A stretch of DNA of 64,000 nucleotides, taken from contig NC_058368.1 of the NCBI RefSeq assembly GCF_018350175.1, positions 104,472,001-104,536,000 on the forward strand, read 5' to 3'. Position 1 is the first letter of the stretch. Each line of letters begins with the position of its first letter. Position numbers and translations under genes: made by a program. Shown here in pieces: positions 26,501-40,220 of the stretch. The notes under the pieces were generated by a model, which saw only the letters and a program-made list of their open reading frames with translations, had not been told where the DNA came from and searched no databases. Source of the DNA: Felis catus. Taxonomy: Eukaryota.

Positions 26501-29500
26501 GTTTTATTTCCTTTCTGTTGCTTCCTAACTTTGAGACCTCGGACAAGGTGCTTAGCTTCTCTGAGATAATTGGGGTGGCGGTGAAGAATGTTGAGTTTTT
26601 TCTGCTTAGCTTATTATGAATCTCAAGCAAGAATCTCTGTGTAACTCTTAGCACAGGGCTGGGCTCATACTGGTCCTTCTGCTGATAATAACAATGCCTC
26701 ATATTTATTGACACTCACTATATGTCCTGTGCTGTTCCATACCTTTCCATCTAATTACTCACTTGATGCTCACAATCAGCCCCTAACGTTGCTACTGTCT
26801 TTCCTTCCTCAGAGTTGCTATCTATGTGGAAGGACTGTTCTAAGATTTATATTCTTCTATGGACTAAAAGTCAGCAGCCTCTTTTAGTAATAGTATTTGC
26901 AACTAGCATTGCCTGTTTTCCTACGGAAAGGGCTAATCCAGTCTTGCCTGGTACCTCAGTTAGGCTGCATTGAGCACTTGGTAACATGCAATAAAGTGAG
27001 TGACAGGTTCCGAATTCAGGACAAAAATGGCCACAGAAAACAAACGGTGCTTCAAAACTCCAAACCACTTCCAGGTCTACGACTATAACCTCCTCAGTTT
27101 GGGCTTCCAGACAGTGTGCTCATCATCTGGATTTGGGGTTTAATGAAAGTTAGTTCCCTTGAGGCAGCAATGTGGGAACAGTAACTGGCTAAAGAAGGAA
27201 AAGAATGGATTATCCTTAAGAAATGAATTGTATCATTAGTTATTATGAATGCCCCAAATTATGACAGATTCATGTGTAAGTATGCCAGGGAAAAGTAGCC
27301 GTGAGCTATAATACACACAATCGTTTATTACCCAAGAGAATTTAGGTGCTAATGTGGATGGTTTTGCATCTGTGAGATTCTGAAACCAACAAAGGATTCC
27401 AAGATATAAAGCCAAATAAACCATAATACAGAGGGAAATGATTTTGATTATGTAACATTTATATATAGCATTTCATTTTACATTTTCAAATTGCTTTTCA
27501 GTCATTGGTTTATTCTTCATAGCACACCTGGGGAGTATATCCATGCTGTTATCCTCTGTTCACAGCTGAGGCGACTGAGACTGAAGGCAAAGTGTTTTGT
27601 CCAAGCGCACAACAGGGGCAGGGTGAGAAATCATGTATTTATTCAATCACGGGTCTATTCAGCACCTCTCCTTGGCAGGGTACCACAGTGTGTGGCGTAT
27701 AGCGATGGGTACTGTATGCGTGGTCCCTGACGTGCAGGGAGTCTGCTGGGGCAGTAAGCGTTTTGTGGATGGTGTCTCCAGGAGTGCTCTAGCCAGCAAG
27801 GACCAGGGTTTAGAGGAGGAGAAGGTGAGTCCCCTCACATTCCTGGAGACAGTGGGGTTTGAGACCCTGGAGAGATGGGTAGAATTTTGGCAAAGAGAGG
27901 CTGAGGGTGGTGTGAATGCCAGAGCAAGGAAGGTGGGCACATTCAAGGTGTATTGGAGAATGTTTGACCACAGCAGGACGTTTGTCAAGAAAGAGCTGGT
28001 GAGGAGAAAGCAGATTTTCCAGCACACTGAATGCCCGGCTAAATATATAGATTTTAGCCTGTGGGCAATGAGAGCTCGACTCCTCTCTGACTTCTTCCAT
28101 TCCCTCATTATTCTAACACGCACTGAGTGCTAATATACACTTAGTCTCCAGATGTTTTCTCATACACTGGCTTTTCTAACCTTCACAGCATTCCAACGAG
28201 ATACATATTATTTTTCCTCCTTCAGTGGATGAGAAAACTAATGCATTTGGAAATTCAGACTTGCCCACCATTATGGAGCTCATAACTGACAGATGTGGAA
28301 TTTGGAAGTAGGACTTTTGACTTCCTCATAGGTGTTTGTGGGAAGAAGGGTGCAGATTCTGGACATTGTATTCACAGTGCTCATCTAATAATATGCCCTC
28401 CACCCTGGCTCAATGTCTTTCCAGAAAGGAAAAGTAAAGGGAAGAAAAATAAAATTAATTTCTTAGCATGTAATTTATTTTATTTCTAAAGTCAGCTGCA
28501 GGTCAGTAAGAAAGACAAAGACAAATTGTGCTCTACGATTGATAACAAATGTCTGCATTTTGATAACTTTAGTGTTGTCAGTATCTTTAATATATTCGGA
28601 TCTCAGCTTAGTGTTTCCACTAAGCCAGAATCTCTCTCTGGAGTTGGTCAATTCGGTCCCTAATCCTTTCCCCTTAGCATGCAACCTAACCCGTTTCTTG
28701 TAGTGCCCTATGAGGTCTCCATCTCATCTTGAATTTTGCCCATTAAGAAATAGCCTTTTCTCTTCAGATACAGGCTACTAATTAGCATTTTTACTGTTTA
28801 ATCATCTGGGCTAAAATACAAGTGAGAGAAGTATTATTGTTAATCCAAAAATGCTTAGAAAGGAAACCAATTGCTTATTTAAATCTTCCTATAAAGAAAT
28901 AAAGAGATGCCCTCAAGGGGTGGGTGAGATGAGAAAACTTAGGTGACATAAAAATTAAAACTGAAAATTTTAACATTTGTGAAATAGGGCACTTCTTATT
29001 GATCTGGTATTATGGAAGAGTGGGTTTTTTTGTTTTGTTTTTTGTTTGGTAAATTCCTGTCCGTGATCAGTCAGAGAAGTTTTCCTCTAGAGCAAATACC
29101 TAAATACCTGCAACAAATGACAGGCCACTGTTGACCCTGTATGTGAAGAAAAACAGGAAACCACTAAAACGGAATATTTCAAAATCCTAAATCTAATGCG
29201 TAACATTCTCCTTGTCTCTCAACCCTCTAGTGCCTTGTTTGGCTTTGCCCGGATTGTATTTTATGACCCGGGTTATAGAGAGATCCACAAATAAGTGGTT
29301 AGGTGTTTTTCCATGTTTTTTTTTTTGTTTGTTTGTTTGTTTCTTAAAGAAGTTGAAAGAAAGTAAAGTTAACATGTAAGGATCATTAAATTTCATCTAA
29401 GATCTTAAGGATTCTGTGTGAAAGATAAAGAAAACAAGCACTGGACCAGAAAACTGTATCTGATTTCTCTTCTCTCTTAAAATGCCATAACTTTTTCCTG

Positions 29501-31550
29501 TGCTTTGTAGGAGAGCAATGGGCTGGGACAAGATGGTCTCTGTTTCACTGAGGAAAGTGATAAAACTAATCCATGTTGTCTTGGCTTCTAGATCTGCAAA
29601 GCAGGGATGCTTACCTTGAGATACAGAGAAAACAGAACTTTGAAAGACTCAGAGGAAATCATAGAACTGATTGTAACCATTTGCATCTCTTTACAGAGGA
29701 AAAATCCACAATACATACATCTGGGGACTTTCCATATTGATGGAAGAAAGTGTTCAGGATACCTAAGTGAATCCCATTGAAGGCATGTATTAGCATTAAT
29801 TTCTCCTATTAAAACTGAAGCTAACGTGGGTTCTTTCTCTTCTTAAGATGTGCAGCAAAAATGCTGAAACTCTCAAAGATGATTGAGGCCAAAACATGCC
29901 AGAATTAACCTTGTTTAAAAAACAAAAACTATGCGCAGTAGATAACTTTCCCAACCAATAAGACTGAGGCTCTTTTCACAGGAGCTTCTGAATTCTGAAC
30001 AAGGTCTAATGGGATATTGCAGGGAGCAAAATACTGTGTGAGAAGTTAATGACATTTCATCTTGATGTCTGGTGAAGGCCAATTTAGGATGCGTCTGGAA
30101 ACAGGCATGTCAGCTGACTAAACCCTGGGAGTCTTTGTGGGGAGGTTGTTGGTCTTGTCCTGGGTCAAGGACCCAAGGTCATTGAGTTATAGCATCTCAA
30201 GGTACTTTTCATGGCCTCTGCAGTAATCACTACAGTATTATCCTCAGGTATAAGTACTCAGTAAATATTTGTTTGATAGAATTTAATTGTTAGCAGGTTC
30301 TGAGCTTAACTAAAGCAGACAACTGCCCTTGGAAATACAACCAATCTCTCAGAAGTCCAAAGAGAAAAGAGCATAGTCAAGGTCGAGTGTCCCCAGAAAG
30401 GTCATGCTTGCTTAGAATTCATAGCTCAAATCAGCTGTGGTGGGCATGAGGGCACTAATTCTTATTCAGAGTCAAAGAAACTATTCACTTGCAAATGAAT
30501 TGGAATATGTAATTGGACCTGGCCCCTGAAAGTTTTGTGGCCTTTTCAAAGCAAAATGGAAAAAGGGAAAACTATGGCTATTTTGTGACTCCCTTTTCCA
30601 AGAACCTGAAAATATATTACAAATGAGTTCTTAGTTGTGGGTCACCATCCTTGCAAGACCTGTCTTTGGTTCCAAGGTTAGAAACTCTTCCTCTGCCTCC
30701 CGTTCTCACCGATCCCCAACTTGAGCTAGGTCTCAAAGTCTCATTTTGACCATATATTCTTTCAGCCACGTGGGGGAGGATGAGAAGAGGCTAAATATAG
30801 CCATGGAAAAAACAACCAGCAGACTAGAAAGCACCTTCAGGCTTAACATCAACAGTGAGTATGTAGCATCAGCTTACAATCTTGTGTGAACACGCATGAA
30901 TTTTTTCTAAGAATATTTTTCAGAAGAGTGTGTTTTTTAGATACAATCTCTAAATTGCATTATGAATGATAAATGAGAAGGTTAACAAACTATACTTCAG
31001 GGCTGTTTGACATATTTGCTGCCATGAATAGCTGTATCTTTGTGAGTATAGATTATGTCACTTTATTAGGCTTGCTGGAAAGGGAGAACTACTGTACTTT
31101 GGTGTTGGGAAAGTATCTTTGAGATGATGACGAAGATTGGAGGAAAGGCTTGGGTTTATTTTGGAATTTGTTTCATTTTAAAAGACTGTGACTAGGTCTT
31201 CATACCTGTCTAATAAGCATGCATGTAACATTTTTGTTTGCTGAGTGCCTTTCAGCCCCCATTAGTCTCCACAATACCCCTTGAGGGTGGGTCAGTATTA
31301 CTGCCAACAGTTTACATTTGAGGAAGTTTAAGACACAAAGGGATTATGTGATTTGTACAAGGTCACCCAGCATGCAAGCCTAGCTAAGAAAAAATGACTG
31401 CAAAGCTCTTTCCAAATAAAAAGTGCCTTATAAATGTTAGGTAGTATTAATGGGCATGATCCCAGGATGAGTAAAATACTCTCTAGGAGTCAAGTGCTCA
31501 TACATGCTTTATATGATTAATTCTTTTAACCTCAGGGCAACTTTTGATAT

Positions 31551-31716
31551 AGGAATTCTTGAAATTGGTTATGCATCGGAAGCATCTTTATAGCTTTTAG
31601 AACCTGGATCCCTACCCAAGCTTAGAATCATACTCTGGGAGGCGGGACCCAAATAATTTGTATCTTGTAAAGCTCCACAGGGGATTCTGATGGTCAGCCA
31701 GGGTGGAGAACCACTG
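31551..31716. mobile_element. hAT-Charlie MER5-like MITE
   Basis: Ends ...gattctgatggtcagccagggtggagaaccactg, typical of MER5A1/MER5B. Confidence 0.65.
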
Positions 31717-32239
31717 TCCTAGACAGACGATAATAATAAACTCAGACAAGCCAAGAGCAACAAGAAAACACTGTGGAGTCCATTTAGGAGAAAAAGTCTA
31801 GCATCTTCCAGGCTTCTGTTTACCTACTTTGCCACTATTATTAACAAAGGAACTGCTTCCGTGAAAAAAATCAACTGTAGGATCCATGTGTGGAGTTCCA
31901 GGAAATAGCGCCAAGATTAAACTTTATTTAAGAACCACCTGTGTTTGTTATAATTTACTGGGTAAACTTATGGGGACTCTCCTTGTGTTATTAGTGCTTC
32001 CACTCTAATATTTTTATTTGGAGTACCTTGTATTATAATTGACAGTAAAAACCTCTGATATCTGCGCATTTATCCATCTTTCAAACACTTATTGAATACT
32101 TGGCATATGAGACTACGGAATGAAAATAATGTTCTTTGTCCATAGGAGTTTATCATCAAGTGATAAAACAGACCCAGGCCAAACAAACGGAAACCCTCTA
32201 GTACTAAGCCATACATACTAAATGACAATCAAAGTCTAC

Positions 32240-32680
32240 ATGAGGCATTATAATTGCTAAAATGTTGTAACAACCCAAATGTCATTGATTTAAAAAATAA
32301 ATAAAACATAGTGTATCCATACGTCGGACTGTTAACAATAAAATGGAATGAAGTACTGATGCGTGCTAAAACATGGATGAACTCTGGAAAAACTGTGTAA
32401 AATGAGAAAAGCCAGTCACAAAGAACCACGTATTGTAGGATTCCAGTTACATGAAGCTTTGTGAATAGGCAAATCTATAGAGATAGAAAGTAGATTAGGA
32501 TTGTGTAGGGCAGGGGGAGGACAAATGGGAAGGCACTCTTAATGGGTACAGGATTCCTTTTTGGGGTGACTAAAATGTTCTAAAATTGTGATGACTGCAC
32601 AAGTCTGTACTAAAAAACATCACATTGTACACTTTACATGGGTGGATTGTATGGTATGTGACTCATATTTCAATTAACCA
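32240..32680 (+). mobile_element. L1 3' end fragment (L1MB-like), inserted within an L2 remnant
   Basis: aatgaagtactgat...acatggatgaa...aagccagtcacaaa...ataggcaaatctatagagatagaaagtagattag...gtatggtatgtgac; flanked by L2-like sequence at ~32070-32170 and ~32700-33250. Confidence 0.85.
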
Positions 32681-33270
32681 TATATACACATATCTGTGGT
32701 GCTTTATGAGCTTGGAGGAGACAGTGATTGATTTGGGTTGGAAGAAAGGGTGGAAAATTTCCTGGAGGAAGCTGCAATTGAATTGAAACAGAGGGGTGAT
32801 TTTGTAAGATGGAAGGCTCCAAGATGCGAAATGATGGTTTTTTAATGCAAGGGTAATTTATCTGGAATCAGTAGGAATTAGGATACATGAATGATACACT
32901 ATGTAGAGGCTGGATGCAGGGCTTTTACTATGATGCTGAATTCTCTCGTTTGGTCTTCATTTCTGTGGGCATTGGAGAGCCATGATGGGTTTGTGAGTGA
33001 TCCGATTTGGCCTGTGATTTGGAAGGATAATTGGAGGTGATGATAAGATGGATGGGAGATGGGGTGGGAGGCCAGTGAGCAGGGGAGACCATTTAGGAGA
33101 CTGGGCTTTTGCAGTACGTAGGTAAGAGACGATAAATCCTTGAACTATGGCGGCAATAGCAGTGAGCACTGAAACAAGGAGACCGATTATAGGAAATGCT
33201 TAAGAAGTCAAATCTTAAAACTTGGTGGTGTTGGGGAGTAGGTAAGAAGACACAAGATACATACAACACT

Positions 33271-33596
33271 ATTTTATTTTATTTTATTTTATTTTATTTT
33301 ATTTTATTTTATTTTATTTTATTTTATTTTATTTTATTTTTTCTTTTCTTTTCTTTTCTTTTCTTTTCTTTTCTTTTCTTTTCTTTTCTTTTCTTTTCTT
33401 TTCTTTTCTTTTTTAAGTTTATTTATTTACTTGGTGGCGGGCGGTAGGGGGGAGGAGCAGAGAGAGACGGAGAGATAGAATCTGAGGCAGGCTCCGTGCT
33501 GTCAGCAGAGGGGCTCAAACTCATGAATTGTGAGATCATGACCTGAGCCCAAACCAAGAGTCAGACACTTAACCAACCGAGCCACCGAGGCGCCCC
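33271..33596 (-). mobile_element. Can-SINE with an expanded (ATTTT)n(CTTTT)n tail
   Basis: SINE head ends ...ggcgcccc at 33596; pentanucleotide arrays at 33271-33412. Confidence 0.92.
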
Positions 33597-33810
33597 TATT
33601 CTGTTCTGTTTTTTGAGAGAGAGCATGTGCCCATAAGCACACCTGTGTAAGCATGGGGGAAGGGCAGAGAGAGGGAGAGAGAGAATCTTAAGCAAGGTCC
33701 ATACTGTCAGAACAGAGCTGGGATGCAGGGCTCAATGTCAAGACCGTGAGATCACGACCTGCACTGAAATCAAGAGCTGGACATTTAACCGACTGAGCCA
33801 CCAAAGCTTC
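33597..33810 (-). mobile_element. Older Can-SINE directly adjacent to the preceding copy (likely its host)
   Basis: GA tract and head ...tttaaccgactgagccacc. Confidence 0.88.
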
Positions 33811-35343
33811 CAGTATTTTAGACCACACCAGGGCCTGGGTACTGTTTTATTAAGTGACTTAGAATCATAATGCAAAAACTATTGTTGAAGTAACACCAAG
33901 CAGATAAATTGTAGCTCTTTAACAACTTGTCAACAAGGGTTTGATTACAGAGCCTCCAATTTCTTAACAAAGAAATATATATTGTGAATAAAAGGATGGA
34001 TTGAAGAGAGAAATGCTAACCATTTTTTAAGCTCTTTGGAATCAGACCTTCCCTTGTTGGAAAGAAGCACTCCTTTATGGCAAAGAAGCACTCCTTTATG
34101 GCCTACTCTGAATGACTAAGTATTTGCCTCTCGCTCAGATAGCTTCCCTAGAAACCCTTACTTTGGTGTGAGCAACTTAGATTTACTGCCAGGGCAACAC
34201 CTCTCATCCAACGCCCACGCTGCCTCTTGGCTTGGTGCTCACCAGCAGGTGTTCATAAGCAGCATTTTGTTTTGCTTCTAATAAGAGCACAGTCTCAGAA
34301 AAGCACCGGCCGAATGTACCACACATTAGAACTTTCGCTTACAAGTGTTCTCAAATGGGAGATCTGAAACTGTGGGAGTCTTTAGGATCAGGAATACAAA
34401 GACTGCCTTTTCCCTTAATCATGCCAGGCCACACCTGTGTTTTCCATAAGAAGGAGGGGCATCCAGATCCTGGGCAAAGTCAAATAGAGACAGTCTTTCC
34501 CATCGCGTGGCAGTGCATTCCCTGAGAATCTGTCATGGCCTTCTCCATGGGCTCTGGAAGGTGTTGGCAATGACGTTGCCTGCTGCTAGCCGAGTTTGGG
34601 AATAGCATCCCTGACAAGTGCCGTATGTGAGTTTAACCAAGCAGGAAACACCATTTAGAACACCACTTGCTGAGATGTGGCTCTTTTCTGTGCCTGTCAG
34701 TGAACAATGACTACAACAAACCCTGTTCAATCACAGTTGTTAGCAGAGCTAATTAAAGCCGTCTCGGGTGGGAGCAATCCCAACAGATGCCTCTAAGGGA
34801 CTTCCGTCACAGGTTCAAACATTGGTTTTGCAGGTAAGCAATGGAAACAGGCCCCTTGGGGGGCCTTTAAACAACAGTTCTCTGCAACTCTGAACATGGA
34901 TCCGTCTTCACTCTACAGTTGGCGAGGGATCGTTTCAAAAGAGAACCGCCACCAAAAACGAAGGAGGAAAGGGACGTTTAAAGCCAGTAGGGTAAATGTT
35001 TTGGATTAAATGAGAGCAGAACTGGGTATTATTCCTTGGGCCGTCTTTGAGTCACTGCATGATTTGATGGAGGTCACTTCCCCTTTCTGGGCCTCACTGT
35101 TCTCATCTCAGAAATAAAGATAATAATACTGGCTCTATTTATATCACAGATTGCTGAAAGAATAAAATAAAACAGTTTTAAAAAAATAAAAGTTGGGGAA
35201 AAATAGAAAATGCCATACAACTCTAGGTAGTGTAACTGTTATTCCCTTTCTCCTGTTCTACATTTTACTCACAAGTGATGAAAGGGAATAAGAAAAAAAA
35301 AAAAAAAAACTGTGCTATTGCAGAATCTTAGACTTTAGTTTCT

Positions 35344-35560
35344 TTCCTTTCTTTTTTTTTTACATTTATTTATTTTTGAGAGAGAGAAGGAGTGTGAGTG
35401 CAGGAGGGGCAAAGAGAGAGGAAGACAGAGGATCTGAACCAGGCTCTGCACTGTGAGCCCAGAGCCCAATGTGGGGCTTGAATTTACGAACCATGAGATC
35501 ATGGACTGAGCTGAAATCAAGAGTCGGCTGCTTAGCCAACTGAGCCACCCAGACGCCCCT
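35344..35560 (-). mobile_element. Can-SINE
   Basis: TSD agactttagtttct at 35330-35343 and 35562-35575. Confidence 0.95.
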
Positions 35561-36607
35561 GAGACTTTAGTTTCTGATGCCTCTGAGTGGCACTGTGGTT
35601 TGCTCATCTTCAGATTTGCCTCGGAAACTCATCTTTAGTTTGAGGGGTTGGAGAAGACCCTGAGAATCTCAAGAGACCAAAACACTGCACCCATCTAGTC
35701 TCATCTAAACTTCACTTGCTGCAGCCCATCTTAAAGGCCTCCTCTCTCCATTTCCTGAGACACTGATTTGGAAGGATGTCAGCCCTGCATGAGTCCCATA
35801 GTCAAACTGGGGCTCAAGAGGATACCTCCAGGACAGAACCGAAAATTTTTAAGGTGTGCTGAATCTGTCTTAATGTGGGTCTCTAACTATACTCTTGCTC
35901 CTGCTAAAAATCTCAGCATACTTCTAACCAAGCAAGGCATGTCTACTTATCTGATGGTGCTGTCAGTGATAGAAAAGGATCATATTACGGACTTGGCAGA
36001 GAAGAAAAAGATTTATTTCCAATGGTTGAAGATGTATCTTTTCCAGATAGGCAAAACCAGTCAGAACACTAAAAAATACCAATAGAAAGTGATCATGTTT
36101 TGTGAGCAGGAGAAACCATTCTTGACTTCACAACAATAAGGAACATTTATAAGGATCCCAAATCCATGGTTTAAAAAAAAAAAAAATGACAACAGGGTGC
36201 CCGTGGGATTATCAGACTCTTGCTTGCCCCATTAGGGTGAGGCGACATCTCCATTTAAATGAACTCCTTACATTCACTGTTTCAGTTTCCTCCTTTCCCT
36301 TGTCTCCTCCCAATCATTATCTTTGTTTCAATGTTCAGCATAACGAAAAAGTCTAAGTAGGGAATTGCACATAATTGTAGGCTCTCTGCACCATTGGCAA
36401 AGTGATGCTTCTTCTTCCGTATTTGTAATTATCTGTTCTACTCTTACTTACTCCTGGAAAATGTATGGAGAATGACAGCAGTATCCTTTATTTCTCTTGA
36501 AGGCATTTTTGGGTCTCACTTGGTGTATAGGTTATAGAACATATCAAGAAATGTAATAATTGCATTTTTATGTAATCACACATATACAAATAGAAAATAC
36601 CATTTTA

Positions 36608-36827
36608 TTTATTTAAAAATTTTTTTAATGTTTGTTTATTTTTGAAGGAGAGAGAGACAGAGAGTGAGCAGGGGAGGGGCAGAGAGCGGGAGACACAGAA
36701 TCCGAAACGGGTTCCAGGCTCTGAGCTGTCAGCACAGAGCCCAACGCGGGGCTCGAACTCACGAATCACGAGATCGTGACCTGAGCCAAAGTCGGGCTCT
36801 TAACACACTGAGCTACCCAGGCCTCTC
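36608..36827 (-). mobile_element. Can-SINE
   Basis: TSD tagaaaataccatttta at 36591 and 36828. Confidence 0.95.
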
Positions 36828-37498
36828 TAGAAAATACCATTTTAAATGAATCGAGCAAAAGGGGGAAATAGATAATTACGTTTTAGCTATTATAGTTACT
36901 TGGTAGAGTAAAGAGGTTTAAAGAAAAAGATAAAATCCTTTGGTAACTCAAAGACTGTGATCACCCTGGACATGTTGCACCTGCCAGCTGGGAAGGTGTT
37001 TTATGCTAGTAGGTGAGAACTCCATTGCTTCTTTTGCCCTTGCAACCTTTTCTTTATTAAGGGCTTAGAGAAATGTGACATTGCTAAAAACTCTAACTTG
37101 AAAATGCTTCACAGAGCAGGATCCTTGCCAAATTCAAGAATCTTGCTAGTTTGCAAGATGAGAGCTGTCATGCAGAACAAAAGGCTGATACTAGAAGTCA
37201 GCAATCACAATGGGAATAAATCCCACAATCTGATTTCTGAATGTCTTAATCTCCTTCAACCTTAAAAGAGTGATGCTGGCCTTACTTTGGGATAACTTTA
37301 CAAAGAGAACATAGGGGGAGGTGGAGTTAAATCCTGAAACTTAGCTCCTCTGGCAGTTCCTTCCCAACTTCTAACAGCTCTTTTTTACCAGGTCATGAAT
37401 AGATGCCCGTTTTCACTTCTTAGCTTTACATTCCTAACAAAAAAAACATATGACACTGCCTCACTTGCCTGGCCGAGGAATAAGGGAGTTTCTCAGCT

Positions 37499-37644
37499 GG
37501 CTCAGGTCACGATATCACGGTTTGTGGGATTGCACCCCATATTGGGCTCTATGCAGATGACAGTGAGGAGCCTGCTTGGGATTCTCTCTCTCCCTGTATC
37601 TTTGCACCCCCCCCCAATAAATAAATAAACTTAAAAAAAAAAAA
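37499..37644 (+). mobile_element. 5'-truncated Can-SINE
   Basis: ggctcaggtcacgatatcacgg...ctgcttgggattctctctct...aataaataaataaacttaaaaaaa. Confidence 0.85.
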
Positions 37645-38687
37645 GACGACTTGGGATCATTGCTGGGGGTCTTCTGTGCAATACAGTGCTGCAGTAAAGC
37701 CTATCAGGGTTTCCCAGCCGAGTTGGATTGTGTGGTTGAATTGTGAGTAGCACAATGAGGCCATAGCCTGAAGTTTCCTTTAACTTGTATCCTCTCTCTG
37801 TCTTAGTGTTTCCAAATTATTAAGAAAAGCTTCAATTAATATTAGCCCTACCTTATTTCTAAGGGTGAAAGCTTTCCATCAGGAATAGTTCAAATATAAC
37901 ATCTTGGCCTGAAGAAAGGATGCCTTTGCCGCTCAGTGTGGGCCTTTGGCTGGATTCTTCCTATTGTGTCCAATCTTTTGGCTGGTGCTGCTCCTATGAG
38001 CTTTTCTTCTCCATGCTTTGTGTGATTTTAATGTTTCTCCCTTCTCCTGAAGCTTTATTCCTTCTATCCTTCATAACTCCAAAGGACTTTGGCTTTGGTG
38101 GTCATTCTTTTTGAATGTGAGAGGGGAGGTAAAATGCTGAACATCAGCGTCTAAATGAAAGACCGGCTAGACGAGACCATTGTCTGTTGGCTGTGCCTCA
38201 CTGTTCATGGATTCCTGTTTAATAGAGAGATAGAAGGTCTGTGCCCGGTGCAGGACTCTGGGTCCCAGTGTCAAAATATTTTTGTCTCTGTGGTGAACAA
38301 GAGCCCTGGGTCTGGTATGTGCGTCTGTGGATGGGGATGGGCTGCCATGGTCTACTCTCCAGTATCAGAGTCACTCTCGAAGCCCCTGAACTACTGCCTA
38401 AATGCTTAGTTCTTCTAAGATAAGCTAAAAGTTATGGTACTCTCACAAATGGCTTGCGATTTTCGAGTATTGAGCTAATCGGTTAATCAACTCTTCAGCT
38501 CTTCTGATGCTTTTTGTTCTCTTAATTGTCCTCTTTAAGCAAAATATGTTTGAAAACTTCCTGAAAGATAGACACTCTACAGCCTTTTCTGCACCTTCCA
38601 CTTCCCATCCTACTGCAAATTTCTTTCAGGCTATATCTTCTTCCCTTTCCCTACCAAAATTTCTCTTAATAAGATTGAGTCATCATT

Positions 38688-39172
38688 TGTATTAGTTTCT
38701 TATTGCTGCTGCAACAAATTACCACAAACTTGGTGGTGTAGAACAATAAAAGTTTATTCTTTTATAGTTCCATAGGGCAGAAGAAGCCCTAAATCACTTT
38801 CACCGGGCTGAAGTCAAGATGTTGGCAACATATGTTCCTTCTGAAGGCTCTAGGGGAGAATCTGTTTGTCTTTTCTAGCTTCTGGAGGCCACTTGCGTTC
38901 CTTGGCTCATGACCCTTTCTTGTATCATCCCAGCCTCTCGCTTCTGTTGTCATATCTCATACTTCATCTTCTGTAGTAGCTCTGTCTCCCTCTTGCAGGG
39001 ACCCTCGTGGTTAGATTTAGGACCCACCTGCATAATCCAGGGTAGCTTCCCTATCTTAAGATCCTTAACTTAATGGCATCTGCAAAGACCCTTTGTATAT
39101 AAGGTAACATTCATGGGTTCTAGGGAGTTAGGGCCTGGATACCTTTGGGGGGACATTATTCAGCCTAACACA
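38688..39172 (-). mobile_element. MaLR solo LTR (MLT1D-like)
   Basis: TG...CA termini, ~485 bp; tgtattagtttc..attgctgctg..aacaaattaccacaaactt at one end and attattcagcctaacaca at the other. Confidence 0.88.
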
Positions 39173-39319
39173 GCACTGATGTACTAATTTTCAAGTCCAG
39201 TGTCGTCGTCTTTTAATTCCTCATCCTAGCTCTTCTGACATTAGATACTGTCACCTAGTCTGGGGAAAATTCCCTTTTCTGACTGTCAAGAAATGGCTCT
39301 TCTCCATTGATGTGATAAC

Positions 39320-39960
39320 TTTGTTGCTTGTCTCTCCCTTTAGAATGCAAGCCCCTGAGTAGGACCCTTGGCTATCCATCTGCTGCCCTGTCCTCACTGC
39401 ATAGAATAGCGCATGGTATTATCATATAATCAAAGGCAGCAAAGAATGCAAATTAGATGACCTTTCCCCACTCCTCTTATTCTCTTTTTCTTCTCCTGGT
39501 TTTTCCTCTGTCCATATGGTCAAGTTTGGTATTTCCCTGGGCTTAGTCCTAGCTCACTTTTCTCTGCCCGTGCTAGATGGATGCAGTTCCGGGCATATTA
39601 TGGGGACTCTTGGATCTGCACCTCCAGCCCAAACCTCTGATTTGAACTTCCAACTTTAATCTTTACTGGATGTCCCACAGGCATGGCAAATTCACCTTGT
39701 CCCACCTTTCCCATCCACCAAGCACAACCAAAAACTAACCTCCCTTCCTTTTATGCTCTCTGTCTCAAAGAAAAGTACGTGCTAGGATTTACCCAGTAGC
39801 CACAGCAAGAAGGCTGGCGGTCATCTCAGACTTCATGCTGACTTCTACTCTCTCTCCCCCACACCTCTCCAGTCAGTCATGAAGATTTGTCAACCTCTCT
39901 CTGAAATGCGTCTTGATACCTCTTTCTGTCTAACTCCCGTTGCCCTGGTTCAAGTCCTCA
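39320..39960 (+). mobile_element. L2 LINE fragments
   Basis: tagaatgcaagcccctgag; ctccagcccaaacctct; ggatgtcccacaggca, typical of L2. Confidence 0.6.
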
Positions 39961-40121
39961 TTACTCCCATGAGTAGGACATAAATCAACTTAGAAACTGT
40001 TCCTCTTGACTTCTCTTGAATATGATGGAGTGACATGCTCTCAAACCTGCTGCGTGATCGATCATTACCAGTCATCCTTTCAGTCTCTGCTGAGTGGGCA
40101 GTGACTGATTTGCTCACCACC

Positions 40122-40220
40122 TCACCTTGGCTCCCCGAGCTGACTGGAGCAAGGATGGGCACGTGATCCGAGGGTGGCTTCGGCGATAGTCCCAGCCAGC
40201 CGACACGACTTGGGTGGCTG
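40122..40220 (-). other. C5orf63: Candidate alternative downstream exon of C5orf63 (QPPKSCRLAGTIAEATLGSRAHPCSSQLGEPR*)
   Basis: Acceptor ttgttatttacTAG|CAG at 40221/40220, phase 0 compatible with the CPLC exon; resembles the recalled human alternative C-terminus QPYKDQKLPGT...SHP..SQSG; donor-like AG|GTGAGG at 40125. Confidence 0.5.

Noticed and set aside
27633..28133. 166-aa and 154-aa overlapping ORFs
   Set aside because: They overlap degraded MIR/L2-like sequence, with no domain or splice support.
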